Virus record (IMG/VR): IMGVR_UViG_3300020200_001050
Span: 2,381 to 66,380 of that record
Source of the DNA: a virus
Reading direction: 5' to 3' (one strand)
Length of the DNA stretch: 64,000 nucleotides
Shown: positions 1-8,056 of the stretch, piece after piece
How positions within the stretch are numbered: the first letter of the stretch is position 1
How the letters are laid out: each line of letters starts with the position of its first letter
Program-made: the position numbers and the translations under genes
The notes under the pieces: generated by a model
Told to the model about the DNA's origin: nothing
The model's database searches: none
Seen by the model: the letters and a program-made list of their open reading frames with translations, nothing else

Positions 1-379
1 GAGGTGTTAAAAGTAATGCCTCAAGTAAACCGCTGGACTGACACTTATGAACTTTGTTATAACGATAGGTATATTCATGACACAACGCTGTTGTCAATGA
101 ACATAGCCATAGATAATTTTGTGACGACAAACGACACCAAATAGCACAAGGATGATGAATATAAGTGGCGTGATAGAGTTGCTGTTCGCGAGCATCGGGC
201 AGTGCCCACCGACGAACGGTTCGACCAGATTGTGTTGTGCCTTTGTATTCGTTGCCATCTAACATACGATGCGCAGTAGACAATAATTGACAACTCTCCA
301 GTATCATTTTGACCACATGCTTGTCATTATGATATTGCGCACACAAAACGGAATCTTGATCAAGAATGAAGATATTCAT
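1..379 (-). CDS. denV: Pyrimidine-dimer DNA glycosylase / endonuclease V (DenV-like), 3' end beyond window edge
   Basis: Not in the ORF track. My translation from ATG 379 (ATGA overlap with the upstream stop): MNIFILDQDSVLCAQYHNDKHVVKMILESCQLLSTAH...HHPCAIW...EYTYRYNKVH, the signature of this family; frame is open to base 1. Confidence 0.85.
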   Translation of the reverse strand, partial: MNIFILDQDSVLCAQYHNDKHVVKMILESCQLLSTAHRMLDGNEYKGTTQSGRTVRRWALPDAREQQLYHATYIHHPCAIWCRLSSQNYLWLCSLTTALCHEYTYRYNKVHKCQSSGLLEALLLTP

Positions 380-981
380 AGAATTAATTCCGTTAGAGCT
401 GCCTCATTTCCCAACTGTCCTTTTATCACACTATTAAAGGCGAGACTAATTCGCTCACCCTCACTTTGTTTTACATCCACTAGATGAAAGAGATACGAAG
501 GAAATACAATAAGTTCATTGGCATCAGGTTTGAACAAACATTCTTCCGAGTTATGATTATTCGAAACTGCAGGAGGAATAGAAAATAGTTTGCGCTCAGG
601 TTGAAGAAATGTAATAGAATCTTGATTGGTGGAGAAATACATAATTCCCGATAAAAAACTGTTGGGATGATGGTGTTGAGGATGAAATTCACCTTTAGTG
701 GCGATATTGATCCATGATTGCGTTAACACTGGTGTTAACGGATGTTTTGGCTGACACACCGAATCAATATACTCTTGTAAAGTTTCTAGACAAAAAGTGC
801 GAATTGCACCAAATTCAGGAAGCGATAGCACATATGAATCAGCACTGCGTCTGTTACCGAGGTTGCGAATAAGTGGCAATGAACGAGCAAATTGTAATTC
901 TGCATCAGAAATTCCTGTTGCATAATGAGAAAACATAACTGGTATAGGGAACAATTCAATTATGTGTGTCAAATTCATCAT
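376..981 (-). CDS. 2OG-Fe(II) oxygenase (TIGR02466-like)
   Basis: SWIN...HPQHHHPNSFLSG..YF, LIVFPSYLFH, RISLAFN motifs; GAGGT SD. Confidence 0.85.
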   Translation of the reverse strand: MMNLTHIIELFPIPVMFSHYATGISDAELQFARSLPLIRNLGNRRSADSYVLSLPEFGAIRTFCLETLQEYIDSVCQPKHPLTPVLTQSWINIATKGEFHPQHHHPNSFLSGIMYFSTNQDSITFLQPERKLFSIPPAVSNNHNSEECLFKPDANELIVFPSYLFHLVDVKQSEGERISLAFNSVIKGQLGNEAALTELIL

Positions 982-996
982 TTACCTCGCGAGGGA

Positions 997-1020
997 GGTG
1001 GAGAACACTCGTTCTCCACC
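997..1020 (-). promoter_or_regulatory. 10-bp perfect stem-loop without U-tract
   Basis: GGTGGAGAAC-GAGT-GTTCTCCACC on the minus strand, between a small ORF and the oxygenase SD. Confidence 0.6.
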
Positions 1021-1024
1021 CATG

Positions 1025-1108
1025 TCAGTTAGTGTGTGGTGGGCATAAATGGGGAATAACAGAAGCGGAGATGTTGGGAACGGAAACACTCATTAAATGC
1101 TCAATCAT
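1025..1108 (-). CDS. Putative 27-aa peptide MIEHLMSVSVPNISASVIPHLCPPHTN
   Basis: GAGGT SD just upstream of the ATG; fills the gap between the tRNA CCA end and the hairpin; below the ORF-track cut-off. Confidence 0.5.
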   Translation of the reverse strand: MIEHLMSVSVPNISASVIPHLCPPHTN

Positions 1109-1119
1109 ATTAACCTCAA

Positions 1120-1195
1120 TGGAGCTGACGAGAGGAATCGAACCTCTAACCTGCTGCTTACAAAGCAGCAGCTCTGCCAATTGAGCTACGTCAGC
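1120..1195 (-). tRNA. tRNA-Thr(UGU)
   Basis: 76 nt: acceptor GCTGACG/CGTCAGC, D stem GCTC/GAGC, anticodon arm GCTGC-TT-TGT-AA-GCAGC, T arm AGAGG-TTCGATT-CCTCT, encoded CCA. Confidence 0.97.
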
Positions 1196-1697
1196 ATCGT
1201 TTTTCCTTGTTTTGTGTTTTAGTCCATTTTACATAAGCATGTAGCAAAAGCGTTTGCATAGAATAGGCTTCCCTTTCCCATGGCAGTCTCCAATATGAGA
1301 TCTTTTTTGTATCAATAATTTCAAAGACACCTTTTTTCTTATTGTGCCATCGAGATAAATCACTGTTGTTCGCGTAATCAAATAACTCATTTTTGACAAA
1401 TTGTTTCAAATGCGTCAGTTCATGAGCCAAGGTAGATGTTTGTTGTTTACGTGTTTGTAGCGATGAAAGACGAATTTTAAATTCTCGTGGAGATTGGTTG
1501 GTGTCCAACCACTCACAATCACCAAAGAATCGTCCTAATGTTGGCACAGATTCAATTGTCAAATTTACATTGCCTGTTAATCGTTTTCCGATCAATGCAG
1601 GCAACATCCACTCAACAGCTTCGCGAATTTCACGTCGTCTTTCTTTTTCAAAACCACGAATACTCAATCGTCGCAATGTTACAGGATATGTGTTCAT
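1191..1697 (-). CDS. Putative zinc metallopeptidase (HExxH)
   Basis: TLAHELTHLKQ and PWEREAY motifs; start placed at the ATG next to the upstream stop. Confidence 0.7.
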   Translation of the reverse strand: MNTYPVTLRRLSIRGFEKERRREIREAVEWMLPALIGKRLTGNVNLTIESVPTLGRFFGDCEWLDTNQSPREFKIRLSSLQTRKQQTSTLAHELTHLKQFVKNELFDYANNSDLSRWHNKKKGVFEIIDTKKISYWRLPWEREAYSMQTLLLHAYVKWTKTQNKEKRC

Positions 1698-1698
1698 A

Positions 1699-2040
1699 TC
1701 AATTGCCGATTTGTGTGTATTCCGTTGTGTTGTTTTCATACGATTGTTTAAGTAATCCATCCAGTGTTACATCATACAGGGTTAATCCAGAATCATTTGT
1801 GATATTAATAATACTATCCCAACGAAACGAACGCCATTCCTGTAAATCCAAATCAAAAATTGGGCACGCAGAACTCGTCGTCATATTGTCCCGCTTTGAT
1901 GAGTCGGGAGTTTTATAAAAAGGAATGCGAGTGGGATCTTGCGTTCCGCGAATAGTTCGCAATGTCCCGTCTTTTTTAGAAAATGTCACAATCACAATGT
2001 TCTTCCACAACATTCCGCAAACCCATGATCTAGTTGGCAT
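1699..2040 (-). CDS. DUF2693 / WYL_2-like SH3 beta-barrel protein
   Basis: VTFSKKDGTLRTIRGT...FDLDLQEWRSFRWDSI pattern. Confidence 0.75.
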   Translation of the reverse strand: MPTRSWVCGMLWKNIVIVTFSKKDGTLRTIRGTQDPTRIPFYKTPDSSKRDNMTTSSACPIFDLDLQEWRSFRWDSIINITNDSGLTLYDVTLDGLLKQSYENNTTEYTQIGN

Positions 2041-2043
2041 ATC

Positions 2044-2514
2044 TTATTCCTCTTCTTTTGGATACACCCCCAACCACATTTTGATGCGTGACCACAAGGA
2101 AAGTTGTTTGACTTCTTCTATCATGCGGTTAAGAATTAATTCTTGCATCATCTGTTTACCATTTCGTTCAATATTTTTGATAATTGATTTTGTTTTTTTT
2201 ATATCTCGAACAATAATACCAAACATTTGAGTTTGTTTTCGAATCATATTGGCATACACTTTCGGATCTGAGAAGTGTGCCCGAAATGTGTCAAAATGCT
2301 CGACATCGTTATTTTGAATGGAAAATAAAGAAACAAGACAAGGAATGAAATTGGTTTCAGCACATTCTGTCCGTTTTCCATTCAAACAGAAATACTCAAA
2401 GTACATATGAGTGGGAGTGGGATAGAAAAAGATTCCATCATATTTTTGCGGAGTCATTTCTTTATCATCAACTACATTTATCATCAGAATTGATTTCCTG
2501 TTTTGTTTCGACAT
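2044..2514 (-). CDS. Hypothetical protein
   Basis: Co-oriented 156-aa ORF packed tightly with its neighbours. Confidence 0.6.
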   Translation of the reverse strand: MSKQNRKSILMINVVDDKEMTPQKYDGIFFYPTPTHMYFEYFCLNGKRTECAETNFIPCLVSLFSIQNNDVEHFDTFRAHFSDPKVYANMIRKQTQMFGIIVRDIKKTKSIIKNIERNGKQMMQELILNRMIEEVKQLSLWSRIKMWLGVYPKEEE

Positions 2515-2638
2515 GAGTGTGAGCCTTTTCTTTATAGCGTCTGTAGCATTTTTTAGACAGCACGATGCGTTGATGAAACTGTCGCTCGCGCAATGACTTT
2601 GCTACAGGATTTCTCACAGTCCTACTCATCGTCGTCAT
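2468..2638 (-). CDS. Small basic protein, ArfA-like motif
   Basis: Own translation: MTTMSRTVRNPVAKSLRERQFHQRIVLSKKCYRRYKEKAHTHVETKQEINSDDKCS (56 aa; alternative start 2629). Confidence 0.6.
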   Translation of the reverse strand: MTTMSRTVRNPVAKSLRERQFHQRIVLSKKCYRRYKEKAHTHVETKQEINSDDKCS

Positions 2639-2711
2639 CTTTCATTAAAGTTAGAAAACACACCATCATCAAAAAAAAGACAATTGCGTACATCGCAGAA
2701 AAGGATTTCAT
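2622..2711 (-). CDS. Putative 29-aa single-pass membrane peptide
   Basis: Own translation: MKSFSAMYAIVFFLMMVCFLTLMKDDDDE; hydrophobic core with an acidic tail. Confidence 0.45.
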   Translation of the reverse strand: MKSFSAMYAIVFFLMMVCFLTLMKDDDDE

Positions 2712-2731
2712 AATTTATTCTTAAGTATATC

Positions 2732-3187
2732 TTATTTAGACTGCACAGTCAAGTTTTTTAAATGATTCCTGTGAATTTTACAGGAAGTCCATTGATTATA
2801 GTATTGGGAAGAAAGTAGCGCATGTAATTGAAAAATATAATAATTTTCCCAATATGAACACTCTCCCCGTGAGCCACATAATTGAAGAATCTCACGGGTA
2901 AAATTGTTTTCACCTATTTTGCGAACATCTGCTCGCAACAGATCATTTGATCCCCAGTACGTTTGCCAATCTGATTGAATACGATGATGAATTTTTTTCT
3001 TTTTTTTCTTACCGTTTTTAAGAACAATTGTTTTAAATTTTGTTTTATTAAATTTTGTTAGTTTTTTGCCAATATATTTGCGATTATTCGTTAAATTAGT
3101 AATACAATAGACAAATCCGTATGCATCACCAACATGTGCCTCAGTAAATTCCTTTCCCTTATAGGTCCACGCCGTCGTCATCGTCAT
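2732..3187 (-). CDS. GIY-YIG endonuclease (T4 endonuclease II/DenA-like)
   Basis: GFVYCITNLTNNRKYIGKK, SDWQTYWGS, FTREIL, YYN motifs; start re-assigned. Confidence 0.8.
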   Translation of the reverse strand: MTMTTAWTYKGKEFTEAHVGDAYGFVYCITNLTNNRKYIGKKLTKFNKTKFKTIVLKNGKKKKKKIHHRIQSDWQTYWGSNDLLRADVRKIGENNFTREILQLCGSRGECSYWENYYIFQLHALLSSQYYNQWTSCKIHRNHLKNLTVQSK

Positions 3188-3341
3188 CAACAAATCCCAT
3201 AAGATTAGGGGGATCATTGCTATGCTCTGCGATATATCCTCCGCAGAATACACAATATTCGAGCGATTCCTCAATTACCTGATCATCATAAATCACACGA
3301 AATTTGCCTTCACAATGTTCACAAACAATATCTTGAGTCAT
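3159..3341 (-). CDS. Small zinc-ribbon protein
   Basis: CEHC...CVFCG with an acidic tail. Confidence 0.7.
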   Translation of the reverse strand: MTQDIVCEHCEGKFRVIYDDQVIEESLEYCVFCGGYIAEHSNDPPNLMGFVDDDDDGVDL

Positions 3342-3342
3342 T

Positions 3343-3771
3343 TTATTTTAGATGTGATTTCAGCATCCAAGCATACTTGTCGTGGATGTTGATGCGTTCT
3401 TCTAAAAAATTAATGACACCTGCTTCTTTGATAGTCTCCGCTTCACCTCTGGCGCGATACAAACTTGCCCGAACTAAATCGTTAGCTGCTATGAGCCCCG
3501 CGATCATTTCGTGAGAATCATATATTGTAGAATCTTCCGTCACTTCTGAATTTTCCAGGAGTGCGAGAAGAGATACGGGAACATAGACTCCAAGTGCGCG
3601 AATGTGTTCGGCAATGGGATCTACTGCATTGTGAAGTTCCGTATAAAGTGTCCCGAAGAACTGATGAAGGGACGCAAACAACATTCCTTCTGCATTCCAA
3701 TGTGCTACATGCGCCTTATAATACATCACAAACGTATTGGCTAAAACTTTTTTCATTTCTTCTATTAACAT
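3343..3771 (-). CDS. dps: Dps-family ferritin-like protein
   Basis: HWNAEG..F..LHQFF..LY.E....D.IAEHIRALG, HDKYAWML. Confidence 0.92.
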   Translation of the reverse strand: MLIEEMKKVLANTFVMYYKAHVAHWNAEGMLFASLHQFFGTLYTELHNAVDPIAEHIRALGVYVPVSLLALLENSEVTEDSTIYDSHEMIAGLIAANDLVRASLYRARGEAETIKEAGVINFLEERINIHDKYAWMLKSHLK

Positions 3772-3775
3772 AAAT

Positions 3776-4258
3776 TCACCTCAAATCAGATAGTTTAACA
3801 CCTTTCCAATTAATAATTGTTGATTGGGGATATTCACTGAAATGAATAGCTTTATTTTCAAAAAGGTTATAATATAAAAGTAAATCCGAACATTTTTGTA
3901 AACCTTTAATATCTATATAGATAATGTCTGGCTTTTTATCTTGCGGAGGAAAATCAATTTCATATAGCAATCCCGCACTGTGAGGATATTCAATTTTACC
4001 ATCATCCTTGCGATTTGTAAAACCATATATGGGGGAATATATAGCTAGATCTGGAATATAGTCATGATTGACATCATAGAGTTCAGCAAATAATCCGTTT
4101 GGTGCTATAAGAGTAGCAATAATTCGCGGTTCGCCATCTGGTTTTAGTGATTGAAAAATAGAACATTTTAATGTTTCGGTGCTCAAATGAGCATTTCCGA
4201 TTGAAACAGATAATAACAATAACACACTCATCATTATACTAATGAGTAGTAGTTTCAT
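3776..4258 (-). CDS. Hypothetical exported protein
   Basis: N-terminal signal peptide (MKLLLISIMMSVLLLLSVSIGNA), YDVNHDYIPD Ca-loop-like motif, AAGGAG SD. Confidence 0.65.
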   Translation of the reverse strand: MKLLLISIMMSVLLLLSVSIGNAHLSTETLKCSIFQSLKPDGEPRIIATLIAPNGLFAELYDVNHDYIPDLAIYSPIYGFTNRKDDGKIEYPHSAGLLYEIDFPPQDKKPDIIYIDIKGLQKCSDLLLYYNLFENKAIHFSEYPQSTIINWKGVKLSDLR

Positions 4259-4291
4259 AAAACTCCTTGAACATGTGAAAACTATAGAATA

Positions 4292-4299
4292 TATTTATA
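4292..4299 (-). promoter_or_regulatory. T4-type late promoter TATAAATA
   Basis: Exact gp55 consensus in the intergenic gap. Confidence 0.7.
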
Positions 4300-4308
4300 C
4301 AATTTAAG

Positions 4309-5295
4309 TTATGTAGTAGCCCACACATCTTCCCATGATCCACTGAGTGCACCTTTCGCATAATCGTTGCTGCGATTTTCAAAGAAATTGGTGTGGCCTG
4401 GAGCATTTACCATTCCCTCCACCCACGATAACGGATTCTTTTTCACTTTGAAGATGCCTTTCATACTCATTGAAATTAAGCGACGATCTGCTATATACCG
4501 AATGTACTGTTTGACTTCCTCAGCTGTTAAATTGGACATCGGACCCATCTTATAGGCAAGATCAATAAATTGATCCTCTAAGTCCACCATCTTTTCAGCA
4601 ATCGTATAGATGCTAGATTTCAACTTATCATCCCAAATCTCTGGGTGTTCTTCAATGAAAATTCTAAACAATTTAATCATACTCTCACAGTGTTGCGTCT
4701 CGTCCACTATGCTCCACGAAATGATCTGCCCCATTCCTCGCATCAAGCCATGACGCGGAAAGTTGAGTAACATAATAAACGAGGAGAACAACTGTAATCC
4801 TTCTGTAAATGCTGAAAATGCTGCTATTTGCAAAGCCGTTGAATCTTTTGAGACTGCACGATCACTAATTTTCAGTAAATAATCGTGCTTGTTTTTCATT
4901 TCCTGATATTCTAGAAACTCGTTGTAGGTAGACTCTGGCATTCCTAACGTTTCAATTAAATGCGAATATGCTGCAATATGTACCGCTTCTCGCGCAGCAA
5001 ATCCTAGCAGCATCATGCGCACTTCAGGTGCTTTGAAGTAGGTGAGATAGTGCTTGACATAACCTGATGCAACATCAATATCGCCCTGAGTAAAGAAACG
5101 AAAAATGTTGGTAAGAAAATATTTTTGTTCTGGAGTCAGTTTCTTTTTCCAATCAGACACATCTTCCAGCATCGGCACTTCGGTCATAATCCAGTGTGAT
5201 TTTTCGTGTGCCAACCAAGAATCATATGCCCATGGATAGTGAAATGGGCGAAATGCATTTCGTTCATCTGTTAAGAGTAGTTTCTTTTTCGTCAT
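4309..5295 (-). CDS. nrdB: Ribonucleotide reductase class I beta subunit
   Basis: FFTQGD, REAVHIAAY, EGLQLFSSF, DETQH di-metal motifs. Confidence 0.97.
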   Translation of the reverse strand: MTKKKLLLTDERNAFRPFHYPWAYDSWLAHEKSHWIMTEVPMLEDVSDWKKKLTPEQKYFLTNIFRFFTQGDIDVASGYVKHYLTYFKAPEVRMMLLGFAAREAVHIAAYSHLIETLGMPESTYNEFLEYQEMKNKHDYLLKISDRAVSKDSTALQIAAFSAFTEGLQLFSSFIMLLNFPRHGLMRGMGQIISWSIVDETQHCESMIKLFRIFIEEHPEIWDDKLKSSIYTIAEKMVDLEDQFIDLAYKMGPMSNLTAEEVKQYIRYIADRRLISMSMKGIFKVKKNPLSWVEGMVNAPGHTNFFENRSNDYAKGALSGSWEDVWATT

Positions 5296-5549
5296 CGAAG
5301 TTCCTCATCTAGCCATTTTTCTGCTGCCAGTGACATGATTTTCTGAAATGCGCGGTCTATCGCCGCATATTGCTCTGAGGTACATGTTAAATCTTTTTTC
5401 AAGAAATATAAATCCTGTAGTTCATCTTCATATTCTTCGTAAGAAATCGCATCATACTGTAACTTGGTTTCTAATTGAATTAATCTTTTAATTAATTTAG
5501 TTATCTGGCACGATGGGTCTTGATGTAACATATTGATTACAGCATCCAT
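5292..5549 (-). CDS. Hypothetical helical protein between nrdA and nrdB
   Basis: 85-aa ORF with ATGA coupling to nrdB. Confidence 0.6.
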   Translation of the reverse strand: MDAVINMLHQDPSCQITKLIKRLIQLETKLQYDAISYEEYEDELQDLYFLKKDLTCTSEQYAAIDRAFQKIMSLAAEKWLDEELR

Positions 5550-5585
5550 ATATTTTCTCTTATGCTACGGATTTGATCTTAAAAA

Positions 5586-7379
5586 TCATCCCTCACATGC
5601 CAAACAGGTATCTTCCCCCGATGCTAAGGCTTTTAAATCAATTTCTTCAATCACCTTACGTTCAATGCGTTTGGCAACTTTATCTGCCTTCGCGAGCTTT
5701 TCACTTCGGCAATAATATAGTGTTTTTAATCCTTGCGTCCAAGCGAGAAAATGAACTGCATGCAAATACTTAATATTGACATCAGGGCGAAAGAATAAAT
5801 TAATAGACTGTGATTGATCAATGTGTTCCTGTCGGTCGGCTGCATGTTGAACGACCCATCGCTGATCAATTTCCATCGCAGTCTTAAACACTAATTTAGT
5901 ATTCTCATCTAAAAACTCTAGATGCTGAACAGAGCCGTCATTCGCAATAATGGAAGACCACACTTCATCATACCATCCCTCTTTGTGTTTCTCAATTTCT
6001 TTTTTTAAAATCACATCAAGATATCGATTCTTGTTCAAATACATCCCTGAGAGAGTATCCTGCCGATATGCATTCGCACGAAATGGTTCTACACTGGGTG
6101 ACGTATTACCCATGATAATAGAACTGGAGGCATTGGGTGCCACTGCTATCATATGAGAGAACCGACGCCCCGTATTCACAGCATCAGGTGCTTCACCCCG
6201 CTCTTTTCCTAAACGCAGATTCGCTTCGTCCAACTGTTTACGAATGTGTTTGAACATATTTTTGTTCAGAGAGGTGGCAGCCGCAGACTCCCACGGAACA
6301 TTCTTCTGCTGAAGATAGGCATGAAACCCCAAGGCACCGATTCCAATACTACGTTCGCGTGTTGCCGAATACTTTGCGCGTTCAATTTCTTTGGGTGCAT
6401 TGTCAATGAAATATTGTAACACATTATCTAACATTTCAGCAATATCTGATAGAAAGTCTGTGTTTTTCTTCCAATCATCATAATATTCCAGATTGACAGA
6501 GGAAAGACAACACACCGCCGTGCGATCTTTGTCAGTAGGTAGAATGATTTCTGAACACAAATTGGATTGCTTGATACTCAATCCCAGCTTCTTCTGCCAC
6601 TCAGGCAACTGCTTGTTAGAAGTATCAATAAAATGCAAATAGGGTTCGCCTGTCTGCATACGAATCTCCATAATCCGTTGCCACAAGTCTTTAGCTGAGA
6701 CAGTATCGCGCACTGTACCCGAATGCGGGTCTTTCAATTCCCACGCATCAGAAGCGACTGGATCTACCATGCATGTTTCAATAATTTTCATAAATGCATC
6801 AGACACATTAATGCCATGATGTAGATTCTGACATCGCATGTTCGGATCACCCGTTGGCTTTCTCATTTCTAAAAACATCAGAATGTCTGGATGAGAGATG
6901 TCTAGATAGGTAGCATAACTTCCGCGTCGAGTGCGTCCTTGCCGATACGCAAGACAAGAAGAATCATAAATGCGTAAATGCGGCATGATGCCGACGGACT
7001 TGTTATCGGTCGAACGAATGCCAATTCCAATACCAACACCACCACCCAACATGGATAACCAATTGACTTCGGATAATGTATCTACTAACCCCTCAGCGGT
7101 GTCAGCTAGATATGGCAAATAACAACTGATTGGCAACTGTCGTTTTCGTGCTGCAAAAGATAAAATTGGTGTCGCATAACTCAACCAGTGCTTAGACGCA
7201 TACTCATAGAGACGTTGCGCGTGGTCAGGATTACTGCCGAATTGTTTCGAAACAAATGCGAACCGATCTTGCGGTGAACATTCCTCTTCAGTCATATAAG
7301 ATTCTTTGAGTCGTTTGATGCCCAGTTCATCAAACAATGCATCACGGGTATAGTCAACAACAACGGTCTGGTTGGTCAT
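5586..7379 (-). CDS. nrdA: Ribonucleotide reductase class I alpha subunit (no ATP cone)
   Basis: PISC, SNLCSEI, VCCLSS, APNASSS, KTLYY, C-terminal CLAC. Confidence 0.97.
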   Translation of the reverse strand: MTNQTVVVDYTRDALFDELGIKRLKESYMTEEECSPQDRFAFVSKQFGSNPDHAQRLYEYASKHWLSYATPILSFAARKRQLPISCYLPYLADTAEGLVDTLSEVNWLSMLGGGVGIGIGIRSTDNKSVGIMPHLRIYDSSCLAYRQGRTRRGSYATYLDISHPDILMFLEMRKPTGDPNMRCQNLHHGINVSDAFMKIIETCMVDPVASDAWELKDPHSGTVRDTVSAKDLWQRIMEIRMQTGEPYLHFIDTSNKQLPEWQKKLGLSIKQSNLCSEIILPTDKDRTAVCCLSSVNLEYYDDWKKNTDFLSDIAEMLDNVLQYFIDNAPKEIERAKYSATRERSIGIGALGFHAYLQQKNVPWESAAATSLNKNMFKHIRKQLDEANLRLGKERGEAPDAVNTGRRFSHMIAVAPNASSSIIMGNTSPSVEPFRANAYRQDTLSGMYLNKNRYLDVILKKEIEKHKEGWYDEVWSSIIANDGSVQHLEFLDENTKLVFKTAMEIDQRWVVQHAADRQEHIDQSQSINLFFRPDVNIKYLHAVHFLAWTQGLKTLYYCRSEKLAKADKVAKRIERKVIEEIDLKALASGEDTCLACEG

Positions 7380-7383
7380 GGTG

Positions 7384-8055
7384 TTAGTCCTGTTCTAGTG
7401 CTTGCGTAATGGTTGGAAATTCTTGTTGGAGGATTGTCCAACAGGCTTCTGCAATTTCTTGATGTTCTAGTTGTGTTCCATTTTTTCGTCGCAAGTCGCA
7501 ATAATGAATCCAGCTTCGAATGGTCCCAGCCATATAGAGTCGGCTCATCGTGCAACCTTCCGGCAGAACTGCTCGCGCTTGTTCTTTCGCAATTCCGTTT
7601 CTAACTGCCCACGCATAGATTGTTTGGGCTTTTAGAATTATATCTTGTTGTCGCACCTCCCATTCTTGTTTGAGTGTATTATCGGTAGTAATCAAACTAT
7701 TTTGACGATTCTTCATATCTTGAAGCCGTGCGTCCTTCGTAATAAACTTCAAATCTTTTGTTGGATCAGCATAGCGTTGAGAAAATTCCTGAAATGAAAA
7801 TGATCGATGCCGCAAGATTTGTCGAGCAATATCACGAGTGGTATTAATCTCCAGCGTTAAACTCACCATTTCAAGTGGACTCCAATGTTTGTTCTTGAGA
7901 AGATACCGAATCAATTTGGGTCCGGTGTCCATGTTTGATTGATTAGCAGGATTAGACACGCGAGCACAATATGCAATCAAGTCCTCAGCAGTCTTGACGC
8001 CATCAATTTTAGGAGTTGAGACGGCTACAAGTTTGACGAGGTGTTCTGTGGTCAT
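7384..8055 (-). CDS. thyX: Flavin-dependent thymidylate synthase
   Basis: HWSPLE, QILRHRSFSFQEFSQRY, TQLEH. Confidence 0.96.
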   Translation of the reverse strand: MTTEHLVKLVAVSTPKIDGVKTAEDLIAYCARVSNPANQSNMDTGPKLIRYLLKNKHWSPLEMVSLTLEINTTRDIARQILRHRSFSFQEFSQRYADPTKDLKFITKDARLQDMKNRQNSLITTDNTLKQEWEVRQQDIILKAQTIYAWAVRNGIAKEQARAVLPEGCTMSRLYMAGTIRSWIHYCDLRRKNGTQLEHQEIAEACWTILQQEFPTITQALEQD

Positions 8056-8056
8056 T

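Noticed and set aside
1025-1119. Theta/HDV-like ribozyme after the tRNA
   Set aside because: I could not build the nested double pseudoknot; an SD plus ORF explains the sequence better.
2732-3187. Mobile homing endonuclease
   Set aside because: Single short GIY-YIG domain with no DNA-binding extension, beside a zinc-ribbon gene; fits a resident endonuclease II-like gene.
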